This document shows positions 28,422 to 38,454 of a stretch of 64,000 nt of DNA, in pieces. Position numbers and translations under genes: made by a program. The notes under the pieces are model-generated. The model was given only the letters and a program-made list of their open reading frames with translations. It was not told where the DNA came from and made no database searches. The DNA is taken from positions 72,433 through 136,432 of the IMG/VR virus record IMGVR_UViG_3300018080_000117; one strand, written 5' to 3'. This DNA is from a virus. Each line of letters opens with the position of its first letter. Positions within the stretch are counted from its first letter, which is position 1.

Positions 28422-29216
28422 ATGACCATTCCGAAGAAAAACCGTTCGGAGGTACCTAACGCAGATCCAGCCTGTAAGCTCTGTAACCTACCTTACGACG
28501 ACCTAAAAAACTTACACGACATGCGGTTCATCCACAAAATAGGCTACACAGAGATCCGAAAAACCCTAAAAGAAAAATACGGGCTGAACATTAGCTACGC
28601 AAAAGCAGCGGATCACTTCAAACGTCACATCGATCAATCCCGGTACCTAATCAAAAAAGAATCGAAGAAAAAGCCTATCGCAGAGATTTTGGATAACACT
28701 GGGCCTCTTCCTACCGATTTTGGACAAAACGAGCAAATCAATACTGCCTACCAGCGCCTCACCAAAATGACGGCGGACTACGTCAATAAGGTCGACAAGG
28801 TCTTCAACAAAGTAATCTCTAACCCAAATTTTGAACTAGACCTTCTTCTAGAGCTTAGTGACTTAGAACCGCTTTCCCGCTTGAACGTTTTGGCAAAGAT
28901 GCACGAGATGGGGCGGGAACAGCTCAAAGACGTAAACGCTCTGCGTGCTCCTAAGGTAATGGTACTAAGGTTTTTGGAAGAGACGATCGACAGAGCCCTT
29001 TCAGAAGTAAATGAAACGTTGAAGCAAACGTTTATGCTGATTCAAAGTGATTTGATCACAGAGCTTAGAAAAACTAACTACAACGTGCCCGAGGGCATAA
29101 TGTCGGATCTGTTGCGCAGAGTTACCAACCAATACAAAGAACGTATTGTAGAACTGCGCAGAGAACAGTTGTCCAGGGCCGCAACAACCCTAGCAGAGCT
29201 GGAGAAAGTAATATGA
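28422..29216 (+). CDS. CCHH zinc-finger helical protein, possible terminase small subunit
   Basis: CKLC...HFKRH followed by coiled coil. Confidence 0.5.
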   Translation: MTIPKKNRSEVPNADPACKLCNLPYDDLKNLHDMRFIHKIGYTEIRKTLKEKYGLNISYAKAADHFKRHIDQSRYLIKKESKKKPIAEILDNTGPLPTDFGQNEQINTAYQRLTKMTADYVNKVDKVFNKVISNPNFELDLLLELSDLEPLSRLNVLAKMHEMGREQLKDVNALRAPKVMVLRFLEETIDRALSEVNETLKQTFMLIQSDLITELRKTNYNVPEGIMSDLLRRVTNQYKERIVELRREQLSRAATTLAELEKVI

Positions 29217-29683
29217 TGCTCATTCAAGCGATGTCTCTTCAAGACTTGATCAGAGCTGTTGACAATAAGTCAGAAAGCCGTTCTAGACGGTGTTCGTCGA
29301 ACGTGGAGTTTGTGATCGAAGATGGAGTGTTTGAGTGCTCTACGCAGTGTGCGGGATCTAACAGAGCTTGGAGCCAGGTCATTGCTATTCTTGACTGGAA
29401 CATACTTGCTCCTGAAGAGGCTTTAGAGGCAGACAGTTGGGACGAGGTTGTCGACGCATACCCTGAAATCCTAGTGTCAGACGTTGGCGTTGCGTGTGAC
29501 TGTCCTGCGTTTTTGTATTGGGGGTCTGCCTATATCGTTGACCAACTAGACGCCGGAAACCGCGACTTAGCTCGCTTCGACCGTTCTAGAGGTCCCGAAG
29601 GGCGGTTTCCCTCTATCAGAGACCCTTTACTCGACAGAACCCTTTGTAAACACCTTATTTCAGCGATCAATGAAATTGTTTAG
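29213..29683 (+). CDS. SWIM-type zinc-finger protein
   Basis: VACDCPAF...LCKHL. Confidence 0.7.
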   Translation: MMLIQAMSLQDLIRAVDNKSESRSRRCSSNVEFVIEDGVFECSTQCAGSNRAWSQVIAILDWNILAPEEALEADSWDEVVDAYPEILVSDVGVACDCPAFLYWGSAYIVDQLDAGNRDLARFDRSRGPEGRFPSIRDPLLDRTLCKHLISAINEIV

Positions 29684-29698
29684 TCGGGAGTATTTGTA

Positions 29699-30214
29699 AT
29701 GCTGTCACGTTCGATAAGCGGAATTGTGGTGCATTGTTCCGGTAAGCTATCTTACGGTTGCGCAATTCTTTTTGATCGATGGCATCGTGACAGAAACTTT
29801 ACGATGGTTGGGTACCACTTTGTTATCGGCAACGGGCATCCATACAAAGACGTTTTTTGGGATTGGTTTGACGGTACGATTGAGATTGGCAGACCGCTCG
29901 ACCACAACCACATCATCGAGCCTTACGAAGTAGGAGCACACGCCTACGGCAGAAACAGAGACACCATTGGAGTCTGCTTAGTAGGAGATGGCAATTTTAC
30001 CGAGAAGCAACTTGCTAGCTCTCAAATGTTGATAAACAGGCTTTGCAACGAACACAACTTAAAGATCAAAAACGTTATCGGCCACAAAGAGGTTCCTGGT
30101 ACAACCAAAACTTGTCCGAACATGCCTATGGACAACTTTCGTCATTTTCTTGGCGGCAACCTTACTACAAAAGAGATGGTAAAAGTAAACGCCCTCTTCA
30201 ACCAAAAGGATTGA
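29699..30214 (+). CDS. N-acetylmuramoyl-L-alanine amidase (endolysin)
   Basis: IVVHCS, GYHFVI, GAHA, IGVCLVG, GHKE, KTCP. Confidence 0.92.
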   Translation: MLSRSISGIVVHCSGKLSYGCAILFDRWHRDRNFTMVGYHFVIGNGHPYKDVFWDWFDGTIEIGRPLDHNHIIEPYEVGAHAYGRNRDTIGVCLVGDGNFTEKQLASSQMLINRLCNEHNLKIKNVIGHKEVPGTTKTCPNMPMDNFRHFLGGNLTTKEMVKVNALFNQKD

Positions 30215-30217
30215 ACA

Positions 30218-30622
30218 ATGGCTAGGATCCTAATCGTTGAAGACGATACTGCTACAGCAACCTTTGTTCAAGATGTGCTGCAAGCGGCTAAGAAGAAGTA
30301 TTACCAAAGCACTTGGGAAATGCGCTTTGACCACGCCAAGAGCGCCGCAGAGGCGCTGAAGTACATAGAGACCCGCAACTACGAGCTTGTGATCACTGAC
30401 ATTCTAATGGCTAAAATGGACGGGTGGGAACTAATCAAAGTACTGAGAAAAGATAAATCCCGATCCCAACTACCTGTACTAGTGATCACCGCAATCGATG
30501 GCATTGATATTAGATACGAGTCTATTCGTCGGGGGGCGACGGATGGTTTTGCCAAGCCGATTAAAGGAGACGAACTAAAAAGGTTCATAAAGGTAGTATT
30601 CAATCTGATTTTGGAGAGGTGA
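30218..30622 (+). CDS. stand-alone response regulator receiver (CheY-like)
   Basis: ILIVEDD, ITDILMAKMDG, VITA, AKP. Confidence 0.92.
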   Translation: MARILIVEDDTATATFVQDVLQAAKKKYYQSTWEMRFDHAKSAAEALKYIETRNYELVITDILMAKMDGWELIKVLRKDKSRSQLPVLVITAIDGIDIRYESIRRGATDGFAKPIKGDELKRFIKVVFNLILER

Positions 30623-31039
30623 ATGAGCAACCAGATTCTGACAATTCTCGGACTAAGCGTAAGCTTTTTCGCCCTGATTATCGGAGCGTGGTTGCGCTAC
30701 TTGTTCGGCAGAGTTGCGTCTGCACAAGACACTAGCCTTCAAGAAATGACCAAAAAGTTCGAATCGATCAACCGCAGGATAGATGCTATAATGCAGACGT
30801 GCAAGGAACTTGACGCTTCGGATCGAGAATCAACAAAGTCCCTAATCGAACTGCAAACCGCACAGAAAATAGTAGAAGCGCTTCAAACTAAGATTTCTGA
30901 TCTCAGTGAGCTAAAGAGCGAATTTCTCGAAAAGTTTGCCCGACGTGCGGACGTAATTAGAGAAATGCAAGCCATCAACTCTCAGTTAGAAGCGGTTTAC
31001 CGAAAGATAGATAAGTTAGACGAACGTAGGCTACGTTGA
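30623..31039 (+). CDS. membrane-anchored coiled-coil protein (holin/lysis-associated candidate)
   Basis: N-terminal TM helix then coiled coil; near the endolysin. Confidence 0.55.
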   Translation: MSNQILTILGLSVSFFALIIGAWLRYLFGRVASAQDTSLQEMTKKFESINRRIDAIMQTCKELDASDRESTKSLIELQTAQKIVEALQTKISDLSELKSEFLEKFARRADVIREMQAINSQLEAVYRKIDKLDERRLR

Positions 31040-31052
31040 AAGGGCCTTTACG

Positions 31053-31229
31053 ATGCAAAAGTCTTTGACGGAGTACATTCAAGCAGTCAGCAACGCTAAT
31101 GGGACTACAGCAAAGCTTCTTCAAGGATTTGTTGATTCAGGGGAGCTTGACCCCGAAGAAGCAGCGATTGTGGAAGCACATGCCTTACTTATAAAAATTC
31201 ACACTAAGTTAGATTCACTATCTCGGTAG
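31053..31229 (+). CDS. small hypothetical protein (58 aa, not in the ORF track)
   Basis: MQKSLTEYIQAVSNANG... Confidence 0.5.
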   Translation: MQKSLTEYIQAVSNANGTTAKLLQGFVDSGELDPEEAAIVEAHALLIKIHTKLDSLSR

Positions 31230-31240
31230 GGGGTAGCCCC

Positions 31241-31792
31241 ATGCCTATCGAACGTGTCTTACAGCACACACCTCACGAAGTTTATGAGTTTTTCCCGACT
31301 ATTTTCAACGACGATCGTGGGCTATTTGCAGAGGTGTATGCCTTTCGAGACTTTCAGAAGTGGGTACCTTTCAGTTTTTATCAAACCAACCTAAGCAAAT
31401 CGAAGATCCACACCGTTAGAGGACTGCACTACCAAAGGTACCAAGGTAAGTTAGTTCGGGTTGTAGAAGGAAGAATCTTCGACGTTGCAGTTTGTTTGTA
31501 CGGTCCTAATTGTGGACAGTGGACGCACGCAATACTAAGCGCCAAGCATCAAAACATGCTTTGGATCCCTGCGGGGTTTGCTCACGGCTTTCAAGCACTG
31601 CGTGAAAACACTGCAGTCGAATACATGGTTACGGATTACTACAACCCGCAAGAAGAGGGAACTATTGCGTGGGACGACCCAATTCTAAAAATAGATTGGC
31701 CTTTCCCTGAAGCTGCCTTAGTTTCTGAAAAAGATAAGCAAGCTAAATCTTGGGATCAGTTTCTAAAATCTAATACCTGGTATGTCCAATGA
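31241..31792 (+). CDS. rfbC: dTDP-4-dehydrorhamnose 3,5-epimerase
   Basis: DDRGLF, RGLHYQ, GKLVRV, WIPAGFAHGF, WDDP.LKIDWP. Confidence 0.95.
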   Translation: MPIERVLQHTPHEVYEFFPTIFNDDRGLFAEVYAFRDFQKWVPFSFYQTNLSKSKIHTVRGLHYQRYQGKLVRVVEGRIFDVAVCLYGPNCGQWTHAILSAKHQNMLWIPAGFAHGFQALRENTAVEYMVTDYYNPQEEGTIAWDDPILKIDWPFPEAALVSEKDKQAKSWDQFLKSNTWYVQ

Positions 31793-31816
31793 AATACCCT
31801 TTTCAAGGATTCGGAT

Positions 31817-32755
31817 ATGCGCTTACTTATTACGGGTGGGTTTGGCTTTATCGGGTCGCACGCGGTTAACTACTTATCTCCAACGAACCGTGTCGTTATT
31901 GTTGACAACCTCACTTACGCTGCTGATTTGAGGCGTGTAAGCCCTTCTATCGAGTACTACCAAGAAGATATTTCTAAGCTTGATTGGCACAAGATTTTGA
32001 AGGCAGAACGACCCGACGTACTAATCAACTTTGCCGCAGAGACCCACGTCGACAACTCAATAGCGGGGATCGGAAAGTTTAGTCGCAGCAACTACACAGG
32101 AGTACAAAAAATACTCGAAGCCGTTAGAAAAAGTAATCTCAATATCCATTTGATTCAAATCTCCACAGACGAGGTATATGGAGACACCGGTTTAGAGGAC
32201 TCATACGAGTTTGTCGAAGACGATCGACTAAAACCGAGCAACCCGTACAGTGCCACAAAAACATCTGCTGATTTGTGGCTTCTAGCGTGTGCACGAACCT
32301 ACGGAGACTTCTGCTTTACGATCGTAAGAGCGACCAACAACTACGGTCCAGGACAGCACACAGAAAAGTTTATCCCAACGGTCATAGAGGCGATCCTGAA
32401 GCGCAAAAAAATACCTGTCTACGGAACCGGCCAAAACCTTAGAGAATGGCTCTACGTCGAAGACTTCGTGCGTGGAATCCAAAAAGTAATCCAGAACAAA
32501 AAAACCGCGCAGGGTCAGATCTTCAACTTCGGTTCTGGAAAAAGAGTTAGCAACATTAGTTTAGTAAAAATTATTTGTGACAACCTCGGGGTGTTTTGGA
32601 AAGACTACGTTGAGTATGTCGATGACAGACCAGGCCATGATCTTAGGTATGCACTAAATTCAAACAAGGCTCGTACTACCTTAGATTGGAAGCCCGTTGT
32701 GTCCCTCAACGAGGGTTTGGAGCACTGCATTCGCGACATGGAGGAAAGATGCTAA
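31817..32755 (+). CDS. rfbB: dTDP-glucose 4,6-dehydratase
   Basis: TGGFGFIG, FAAETHVDNSI, STDEVYG, YSATK, DRPGHDLRY. Confidence 0.95.
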   Translation: MRLLITGGFGFIGSHAVNYLSPTNRVVIVDNLTYAADLRRVSPSIEYYQEDISKLDWHKILKAERPDVLINFAAETHVDNSIAGIGKFSRSNYTGVQKILEAVRKSNLNIHLIQISTDEVYGDTGLEDSYEFVEDDRLKPSNPYSATKTSADLWLLACARTYGDFCFTIVRATNNYGPGQHTEKFIPTVIEAILKRKKIPVYGTGQNLREWLYVEDFVRGIQKVIQNKKTAQGQIFNFGSGKRVSNISLVKIICDNLGVFWKDYVEYVDDRPGHDLRYALNSNKARTTLDWKPVVSLNEGLEHCIRDMEERC

Positions 32756-33084
32756 ACACCCTCAAACGTTGGTGGGTAGCGGGCCTTGCGGCGATAATAG
32801 CAGTTCTGGCGCTTATTTTGTGGCGCAAGTCTTCTCAAATAAATCGCCTAGAACAAAGATTAGTCGAACAAAAAGCTAAGTTAGAAATGCAACGTCTTTC
32901 AAAGCAGTACCAGCTAAAGCGAAACGAACTTGTAGAACTTAGAGAAGTAGACATAGAGCTAAATGAAGAACTGTTGAAAATAGAAGCTAAACTAAAAAAA
33001 GACTTAGAACGTATCGACCCTTACATGTCAAACGAAGAGATAGCAGCTAAGTTTCGTGAGATTGGGCTTAGGAGAAAACAATGA
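32749..33084 (+). CDS. TM plus coiled-coil protein (inner-spanin-like)
   Basis: GGAGG RBS; N-terminal TM WWVAGLAAIIAVLALILW. Confidence 0.6.
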   Translation: MLNTLKRWWVAGLAAIIAVLALILWRKSSQINRLEQRLVEQKAKLEMQRLSKQYQLKRNELVELREVDIELNEELLKIEAKLKKDLERIDPYMSNEEIAAKFREIGLRRKQ

Positions 33085-33467
33085 TTTGGGTTTTTGCCCT
33101 CCTGTCCCTCACTGTTTTTGAAGATGTGCGGGCCAAAAAGTTTGACGGTAAGGAGTTTGTTTGTTTTACCTCAGACGACTCGATTTACTTGCTCCAACTT
33201 GATTTGAAGATGCCTCACGTTGAAAAGAAAATGGAAGCATTGAAAAAACTAATCAACAACAAAAGTAAACAAATAAAAACACTTGAGGGGCAAAATACGC
33301 TACTGAACGAAAGATTGAAGGTTTTGTCTACGTACAATGCAAATTTGGAAGGACAACTAGACAATAGCGACGTGTGGTATCGCAATCCTTGGTTTTGGGT
33401 TGCAACTGGTGCTGTTTTGCTAACAGCAGAAGCGGTTTTACTTTATTCGGTTTTGGACAATGGGTGA
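33081..33467 (+). CDS. secreted/membrane coiled-coil protein (spanin-like partner)
   Basis: Signal-like N-terminus, coiled coil, C-terminal WYRNPWFWVATG TM. Confidence 0.55.
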   Translation: MIWVFALLSLTVFEDVRAKKFDGKEFVCFTSDDSIYLLQLDLKMPHVEKKMEALKKLINNKSKQIKTLEGQNTLLNERLKVLSTYNANLEGQLDNSDVWYRNPWFWVATGAVLLTAEAVLLYSVLDNG

Positions 33468-33555
33468 CAGAGACGATCTTATTTTCGACGTCGTCTTTTT
33501 GCTTAGTATTACTTTGCCTGTACTACTTCTTGTTTTAGCGGAGACATGCGTATGA
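33460..33555 (+). CDS. 31-aa hydrophobic peptide (not in the ORF track)
   Basis: MGDRDDLIFDVVFLLSITLPVLLLVLAETCV; overlaps both neighbours, with an ATGA junction to rfbA. Confidence 0.45.
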   Translation: MGDRDDLIFDVVFLLSITLPVLLLVLAETCV

Positions 33556-34310
33556 AAGGCGTAATTCTTGCGGGCGGAACAGGTTCAAGACTAACTCCTC
33601 TAACAAAAGCCACCAACAAACACCTACTTCCTATCGGTCCCCAGCCAATGATCTACCGTTCAATTTTTCAAATGAAAAAAATGGGAATTGAACAGGTGTT
33701 GATTGTTACTGGATGCGAACACATGGGAGCGGTCGTTCAATCCTTGGGGTCAGGTAAGGAGTTTGATTTACACTTTACTTACCGCGTACAAGACGAGGCC
33801 GGTGGAATTGCTCAAGCGCTAGGCCTTGCAGAAAACTTCGCTGGTTGGGATCCAATCTGTGTCTTGTTAGGCGACAACGTTTTTGAAAACCCTCTCAATG
33901 CTGTGCTAACAGAATTCTACAAAAACAAAGATCACGGGGTAGTTGTCTTAGCAAATATCGATCTTGAAAGGCTCAAGCGGTTTGGCGTTGCGGTTTTACC
34001 TGGTGACTCTTGCCAAATTAGCAAGATAATCGAAAAGCCTTCTACTGATTACCTTTTGGAGCTTTCAAAAAACAATGCGCTCTTTGCGGTTACTGGGTGT
34101 TACGTCTATCCGCCTAGTGTGTTCGACACGATTCGGGAATTGGAGCCTAGCGATCGAGGTGAGTTGGAAATTACCGACGTTAACCTTCATTTCCTGCAAA
34201 ATAAAAAACTAAGCTACTACCTATTCACAGGCGCTTGGCACGATGCTGGAACACCTGTGTCCTATCGCAACGCAAATGAATTTGCTTGGCGCTACTTTGG
34301 AGCTAACTAA
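33552..34310 (+). CDS. rfbA: glucose-1-phosphate thymidylyltransferase
   Basis: GVILAGGTGSRL.PLT, NKHLLPI, LGDN, EKP, RGELEITD, WHDAGT. Confidence 0.93.
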   Translation: MKGVILAGGTGSRLTPLTKATNKHLLPIGPQPMIYRSIFQMKKMGIEQVLIVTGCEHMGAVVQSLGSGKEFDLHFTYRVQDEAGGIAQALGLAENFAGWDPICVLLGDNVFENPLNAVLTEFYKNKDHGVVVLANIDLERLKRFGVAVLPGDSCQISKIIEKPSTDYLLELSKNNALFAVTGCYVYPPSVFDTIRELEPSDRGELEITDVNLHFLQNKKLSYYLFTGAWHDAGTPVSYRNANEFAWRYFGAN

Positions 34311-34646
34311 ATGGCAGTTACATGTAAGGTACTTCTTGCGGTTCACAACCCCGGCAAACTCGAAGATGGACACTGCCTACCGTTGGCCTTTCAGGAGCCC
34401 CAGGATTGCTTCTGTGGCCTTCGAGCAGCCTGGAACGCATCACCGGACCTAACGCTGCTCTTCGCGGGTCTGGGGCTAACAGAGGTAGAGAGCGGCGGGC
34501 TTTGGGTAGTTACGGCACATTTCAAGGAAGAAAGAATCAAACCTAACGAAAACAACTTTGATCATTTGATCGGGTCTGTCAGCACAATGAAGATTACTTT
34601 CGACATTGCGAACTCAGAAAGTTTTCAGCGCTGGGATTGGATCTAA
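34311..34646 (+). CDS. hypothetical protein
   Basis: ORF tiled within the operon. Confidence 0.55.
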   Translation: MAVTCKVLLAVHNPGKLEDGHCLPLAFQEPQDCFCGLRAAWNASPDLTLLFAGLGLTEVESGGLWVVTAHFKEERIKPNENNFDHLIGSVSTMKITFDIANSESFQRWDWI

Positions 34647-35017
34647 TGGCTATCGGGAGAACTAAGTTTCCAACAAAGCCGGATAAGCCAGACCAGAAAA
34701 AGGCCCCACGTAAAAAGGCCTCAGGAGCCACCCAGACCTTACCTGGTGGCCTTGTTGTCAAAGACAAGTCGGGTGGAAAAACCCAAGGCCCTAAAAATCA
34801 AGATATCGCACACGAGCCTTTGTTGGAAATCGCACAAGCGATCAAGAACCACAAAAAAGTTAGTTTTCTCTACAAGGGCGCACAAAGAGCGTTACAGCCG
34901 ATGGGATTCAAACAGACGAAGAACGGACTCATGGTAATTGGTGTGTGCCAACAAAGCATGCAAATACGCATGTTCTCGGTCGCAACGATGGTTGCGGTAC
35001 GCGAGGTTGAGGAATGA
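34646..35017 (+). CDS. WYL-domain protein with basic N-terminus
   Basis: AIKNHKKVSFLY...RALQP...VIGVC...IRMF. Confidence 0.7.
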   Translation: MAIGRTKFPTKPDKPDQKKAPRKKASGATQTLPGGLVVKDKSGGKTQGPKNQDIAHEPLLEIAQAIKNHKKVSFLYKGAQRALQPMGFKQTKNGLMVIGVCQQSMQIRMFSVATMVAVREVEE

Positions 35018-36000
35018 AATTTTTATTTAACGTTGGTGGCTACACCCAACTTGTCAAGACTCTTGAAGACCGTGGCCACCAGGTTGTTAAACACAACTGC
35101 CAATTTCGGAAATACGTCAACAAAGACCAACGCTGGCAGGAGTACAATCAAAAAATCCTTCCGCAACTAATCCAAGAGCACAAACCGGACGTCTACATTT
35201 GTTCAAAAGGGTTTGCAAAAAACAAACACATTTGGCCCGAGACCAACTTGAAGATCAAAAAAATGGTGGGGCTTATGGTTTATTGGTCGCAAGACGACCC
35301 TTTTTTTATCCCCACTTTTCGAAATCTCCAAATGCATCGAGGATACGATGTTGCGTTGACGTGCTCAAACGTCCACAAACCGTACAGAGAGGTTGGGATC
35401 GAACCCCACACCTTCTACCCTGCTTGGGACTCGATTGAGCGTTCAGTGACTCCCCGAGCCTCTAAGACGGATGTTATTTTTGTTGGCTCCCCGTACAAAA
35501 CAACAAATATCCCTCGGGCTAAGATTATGCGGTGGATCGCAGAACAAGGGCATTCACTAAAAATCTTCGGTGCTGCTGCATGGACAAAAAAAGGGTCAAG
35601 CAGCCTGTTTCAAGGCGACCCGTTTTTGAGGCCTTACTACAAGGGTGTTTTCAAGAATTGGCGGGACCTTCATAATCTTTTTGCTTCGTCACGGATCAAC
35701 ATTAGCAACCACGTAAGACAAGCTCCGGGTTATCTAAACGACCGAGTCTTTCTTGTTATGGGGGCTGGCGGTTTTTTACTTATGGACAACAACCCAGGAA
35801 TCGAAAAACTTTTCAAGCACAACCGTCATGTCTGCTACTACCGAGATTGGGGAACCTTCAAACACCGTTTCACTTACTACCTTGCACACGACGATGCACG
35901 CAAAGCAATTGCTAAAGCAGGCCAAAAACTAATTTTGGCGGAACACACCTACGCCAACAGAGCAGATCAACTTCTCGATATTGTGAAGGGGAAAGTATGA
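35014..36000 (+). CDS. glycosyltransferase (CgeB-like, GT-B fold)
   Basis: WSQDDP, DVIFVGS, SRINI, NDRVF..MGAGGFLL, EHTYANRA. Confidence 0.88.
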   Translation: MKFLFNVGGYTQLVKTLEDRGHQVVKHNCQFRKYVNKDQRWQEYNQKILPQLIQEHKPDVYICSKGFAKNKHIWPETNLKIKKMVGLMVYWSQDDPFFIPTFRNLQMHRGYDVALTCSNVHKPYREVGIEPHTFYPAWDSIERSVTPRASKTDVIFVGSPYKTTNIPRAKIMRWIAEQGHSLKIFGAAAWTKKGSSSLFQGDPFLRPYYKGVFKNWRDLHNLFASSRINISNHVRQAPGYLNDRVFLVMGAGGFLLMDNNPGIEKLFKHNRHVCYYRDWGTFKHRFTYYLAHDDARKAIAKAGQKLILAEHTYANRADQLLDIVKGKV

Positions 36001-36968
36001 AACGGGCTTTGATCACAGGCATTACAGGACAAGACGGATCTTACCTTTCAGAGTTGCTCTTAGAAAAGGGTTGGGAAGTGTACGGTTTGATGCGTCGGGC
36101 ATCTACGTTCAACACCGAACGTATTGACCATTTGCTTTTTCCAAGAGAAAAAATAAATGTGGTTTACGGAGACTTGGCAGAAGAAGCTGACCAGGTGCTG
36201 TACGATCTACGTCCTGACGTGGTGTTCAACCTAGCTGCAATGAGCCACGTTAGAGTTAGCTTTGACACACCGATCTACACAATGGACGTCAACGCTATTG
36301 GTCCCCTGCGGTTGCTTGAAGCAATTCGTAAATTAGGTTTGACGAAGAAAACCCGGTTTTATCAAGCCAGCAGTTCTGAAATGTTTGGTATGAGCCCTCC
36401 CCCTCAAAACGAAGAGACGTGTTTTCACCCTTGCAGTCCGTATGGTGCTGCAAAGCTTGCTGCGTACTGGCTGGTACGAACCTACAGAGACGGCTACGGC
36501 ATCCATGCGACAAATGGGATATTGCACAACCACGAGTCGCCACGTCGTGGAAAAAACTTTGTGACTGCAAAGATCGTCGATTCTGCAGTACGGATCAAAT
36601 TGGGGCTGCAAAAAGAATTGGTGTTAGGCAACCTCGAAGCTAAGCGTGACTGGGGCCACAGCAAAGATTATATGCGTGCCATTTTTATGATGATGGAACA
36701 CGACACACCAGGAGACTGGCTTGTTGCCACACACGAAATCTATTCAGTCAAAGAGTTCTTGATCAAGGTGTTCGAGAAGCTTGATATGGACTGGGAAAAG
36801 TACGTACGGTACGACTCTCGATACACCCGACCTAAAGAGGTTCCTGCGTTGCAAGGAGACCCAACTAAAATCAAAAAAGAGATCGGCTGGGAACCCGAAA
36901 TCACAGTACAAGACTTGATTGATGAAATGATCGAGTGCTCGATGAAAGAGCATCGGAGCAAGCTGTGA
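35997..36968 (+). CDS. gmd: GDP-mannose 4,6-dehydratase
   Basis: ALITGITGQDGSYL, SHVRVSF, YQASSSEMFG, NHESPRRG, KRDWGH. Confidence 0.97.
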   Translation: MKRALITGITGQDGSYLSELLLEKGWEVYGLMRRASTFNTERIDHLLFPREKINVVYGDLAEEADQVLYDLRPDVVFNLAAMSHVRVSFDTPIYTMDVNAIGPLRLLEAIRKLGLTKKTRFYQASSSEMFGMSPPPQNEETCFHPCSPYGAAKLAAYWLVRTYRDGYGIHATNGILHNHESPRRGKNFVTAKIVDSAVRIKLGLQKELVLGNLEAKRDWGHSKDYMRAIFMMMEHDTPGDWLVATHEIYSVKEFLIKVFEKLDMDWEKYVRYDSRYTRPKEVPALQGDPTKIKKEIGWEPEITVQDLIDEMIECSMKEHRSKL

Positions 36969-37375
36969 CTAAGATAGTAGGAAACGATGGAGAGCTTTTG
37001 GGGATTGTAGACAGCCTGCATACGTGTGTCGATCCTTTGGAGTTTATTACAGACCCAAAACAAGATATCCAAGTTGCTAAGTTTTTGCGCCAAACAGGAG
37101 ACAACCTAAAACCTCACGCACATCTGTACCGCCCGCGTGTGATTTCACAAACCCAAGAAGTCTTGTTCGTGTTTCGCGGATTGCTGAAGCTAGTTGTTTA
37201 CGGCAACGACCGCAGAGTTGTGCATCAACAGCACTTACGCCCTGGAGACTTTTACACGTACTTAGCAGGAGGCGTGGGTTACGAAGTTATTCAAGGACCG
37301 GCAGCAATGCTTGAGGTAAAAGCCGGAAGCTACAAAGTCAAATCCGATTCCGAAGATCGGGAGCTTATCAAGTGA
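36965..37375 (+). CDS. cupin-fold sugar-modifying protein
   Basis: PHAH...TQEVLFV..G, MLEVKAG. Confidence 0.7.
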   Translation: MTKIVGNDGELLGIVDSLHTCVDPLEFITDPKQDIQVAKFLRQTGDNLKPHAHLYRPRVISQTQEVLFVFRGLLKLVVYGNDRRVVHQQHLRPGDFYTYLAGGVGYEVIQGPAAMLEVKAGSYKVKSDSEDRELIK

Positions 37376-38454
37376 TTCCTCAAATCGAACCCTGGATAAC
37401 CCCAAAGGACCAAGACTTAGTAAATCTGTATCTCAAATCTGGCGGGTGGATCACAGAGCATAAAACCACAAACATTTTCGAAGCCGAGATTGCAAGCTAC
37501 GTAGGTTCTCGATACGCAACTATGGTCCCTAGCGGAACGACTGCTCTTTACTTAGCTTTGGAGGCTCTTGAGCTTAGGAGAAAAAGAGTCATCGTCCCCA
37601 ACTACACAATGATCGCAACGATCAACGCGGTAATTGCAGCAGGAGCACAGCCCATTGTTGCTGACGTTGACCCCAAAAGTTTTTGTTTGGATCTGAAAAA
37701 ACTAGAACCGTGCGATGCTGTTATCTACGTTGCAATTAATGGCAGATCTGACGGGCTGGAAAAGTTAGCCAAAAAATGTAAAAGCTCAAACACGTACTTG
37801 ATAGAAGATGCTTGCCAAGCCTTTGGATCGAAAACTGACAAGGAAAAGTACGTAGGAACCATTGGCGATATTGGTGTTTACTCGTTCACACCACACAAAA
37901 TAATAACGACCGGTCAAGGCGGTGCAATTGTAACGAACAACAAAGAGGTAACGAAAGCTATTCGCCAACTAAAAGATTTCGGTCGGGTAGAGCCGGGTGT
38001 AGATTTACACACTGCCTTTGGGATGAACTACAAGTTCACCGATCTGCAAGCTTCTTTAGGCATTTCACAACTTAGTACGATCGAAGTGCGAACCAGCATC
38101 AAACGAGACATACTACGCAGGTATCGATCTAACCTAAAAGACACTCGCTTCGAAATTCCAGAGGGTAATTGCGAGGGCTACGTTCCTTGGTTCGTCGAGA
38201 TTCTTTGCAAAGACAAAACGGATCGCGACTACGTTGGACAAGTCTTGAAAGGCAAACAAATTGGATCACGACCTTTCTACCCGATCCTTAGTACACAACC
38301 TGTGTTTTCAGGACTAAACGGATCTTACCTCCCGCAAACCAACGGATTAAGTAACTCCAAAAACATTTCGGAAAGAGGTTTGTGGTTGCCTTCTTCGTGC
38401 TGCTTGGAAAAAGAGGAAATCGACTCAGTCTGCGAGGTACTAAAAAAGCTATGA
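37372..38454 (+). CDS. DegT/DnrJ/EryC1/StrS aminotransferase (perosamine synthase-like)
   Basis: SGTTAL, IEDACQAFG, SF.PHKIITTGQGG, GMNYK. Confidence 0.92.
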   Translation: MIPQIEPWITPKDQDLVNLYLKSGGWITEHKTTNIFEAEIASYVGSRYATMVPSGTTALYLALEALELRRKRVIVPNYTMIATINAVIAAGAQPIVADVDPKSFCLDLKKLEPCDAVIYVAINGRSDGLEKLAKKCKSSNTYLIEDACQAFGSKTDKEKYVGTIGDIGVYSFTPHKIITTGQGGAIVTNNKEVTKAIRQLKDFGRVEPGVDLHTAFGMNYKFTDLQASLGISQLSTIEVRTSIKRDILRRYRSNLKDTRFEIPEGNCEGYVPWFVEILCKDKTDRDYVGQVLKGKQIGSRPFYPILSTQPVFSGLNGSYLPQTNGLSNSKNISERGLWLPSSCCLEKEEIDSVCEVLKKL

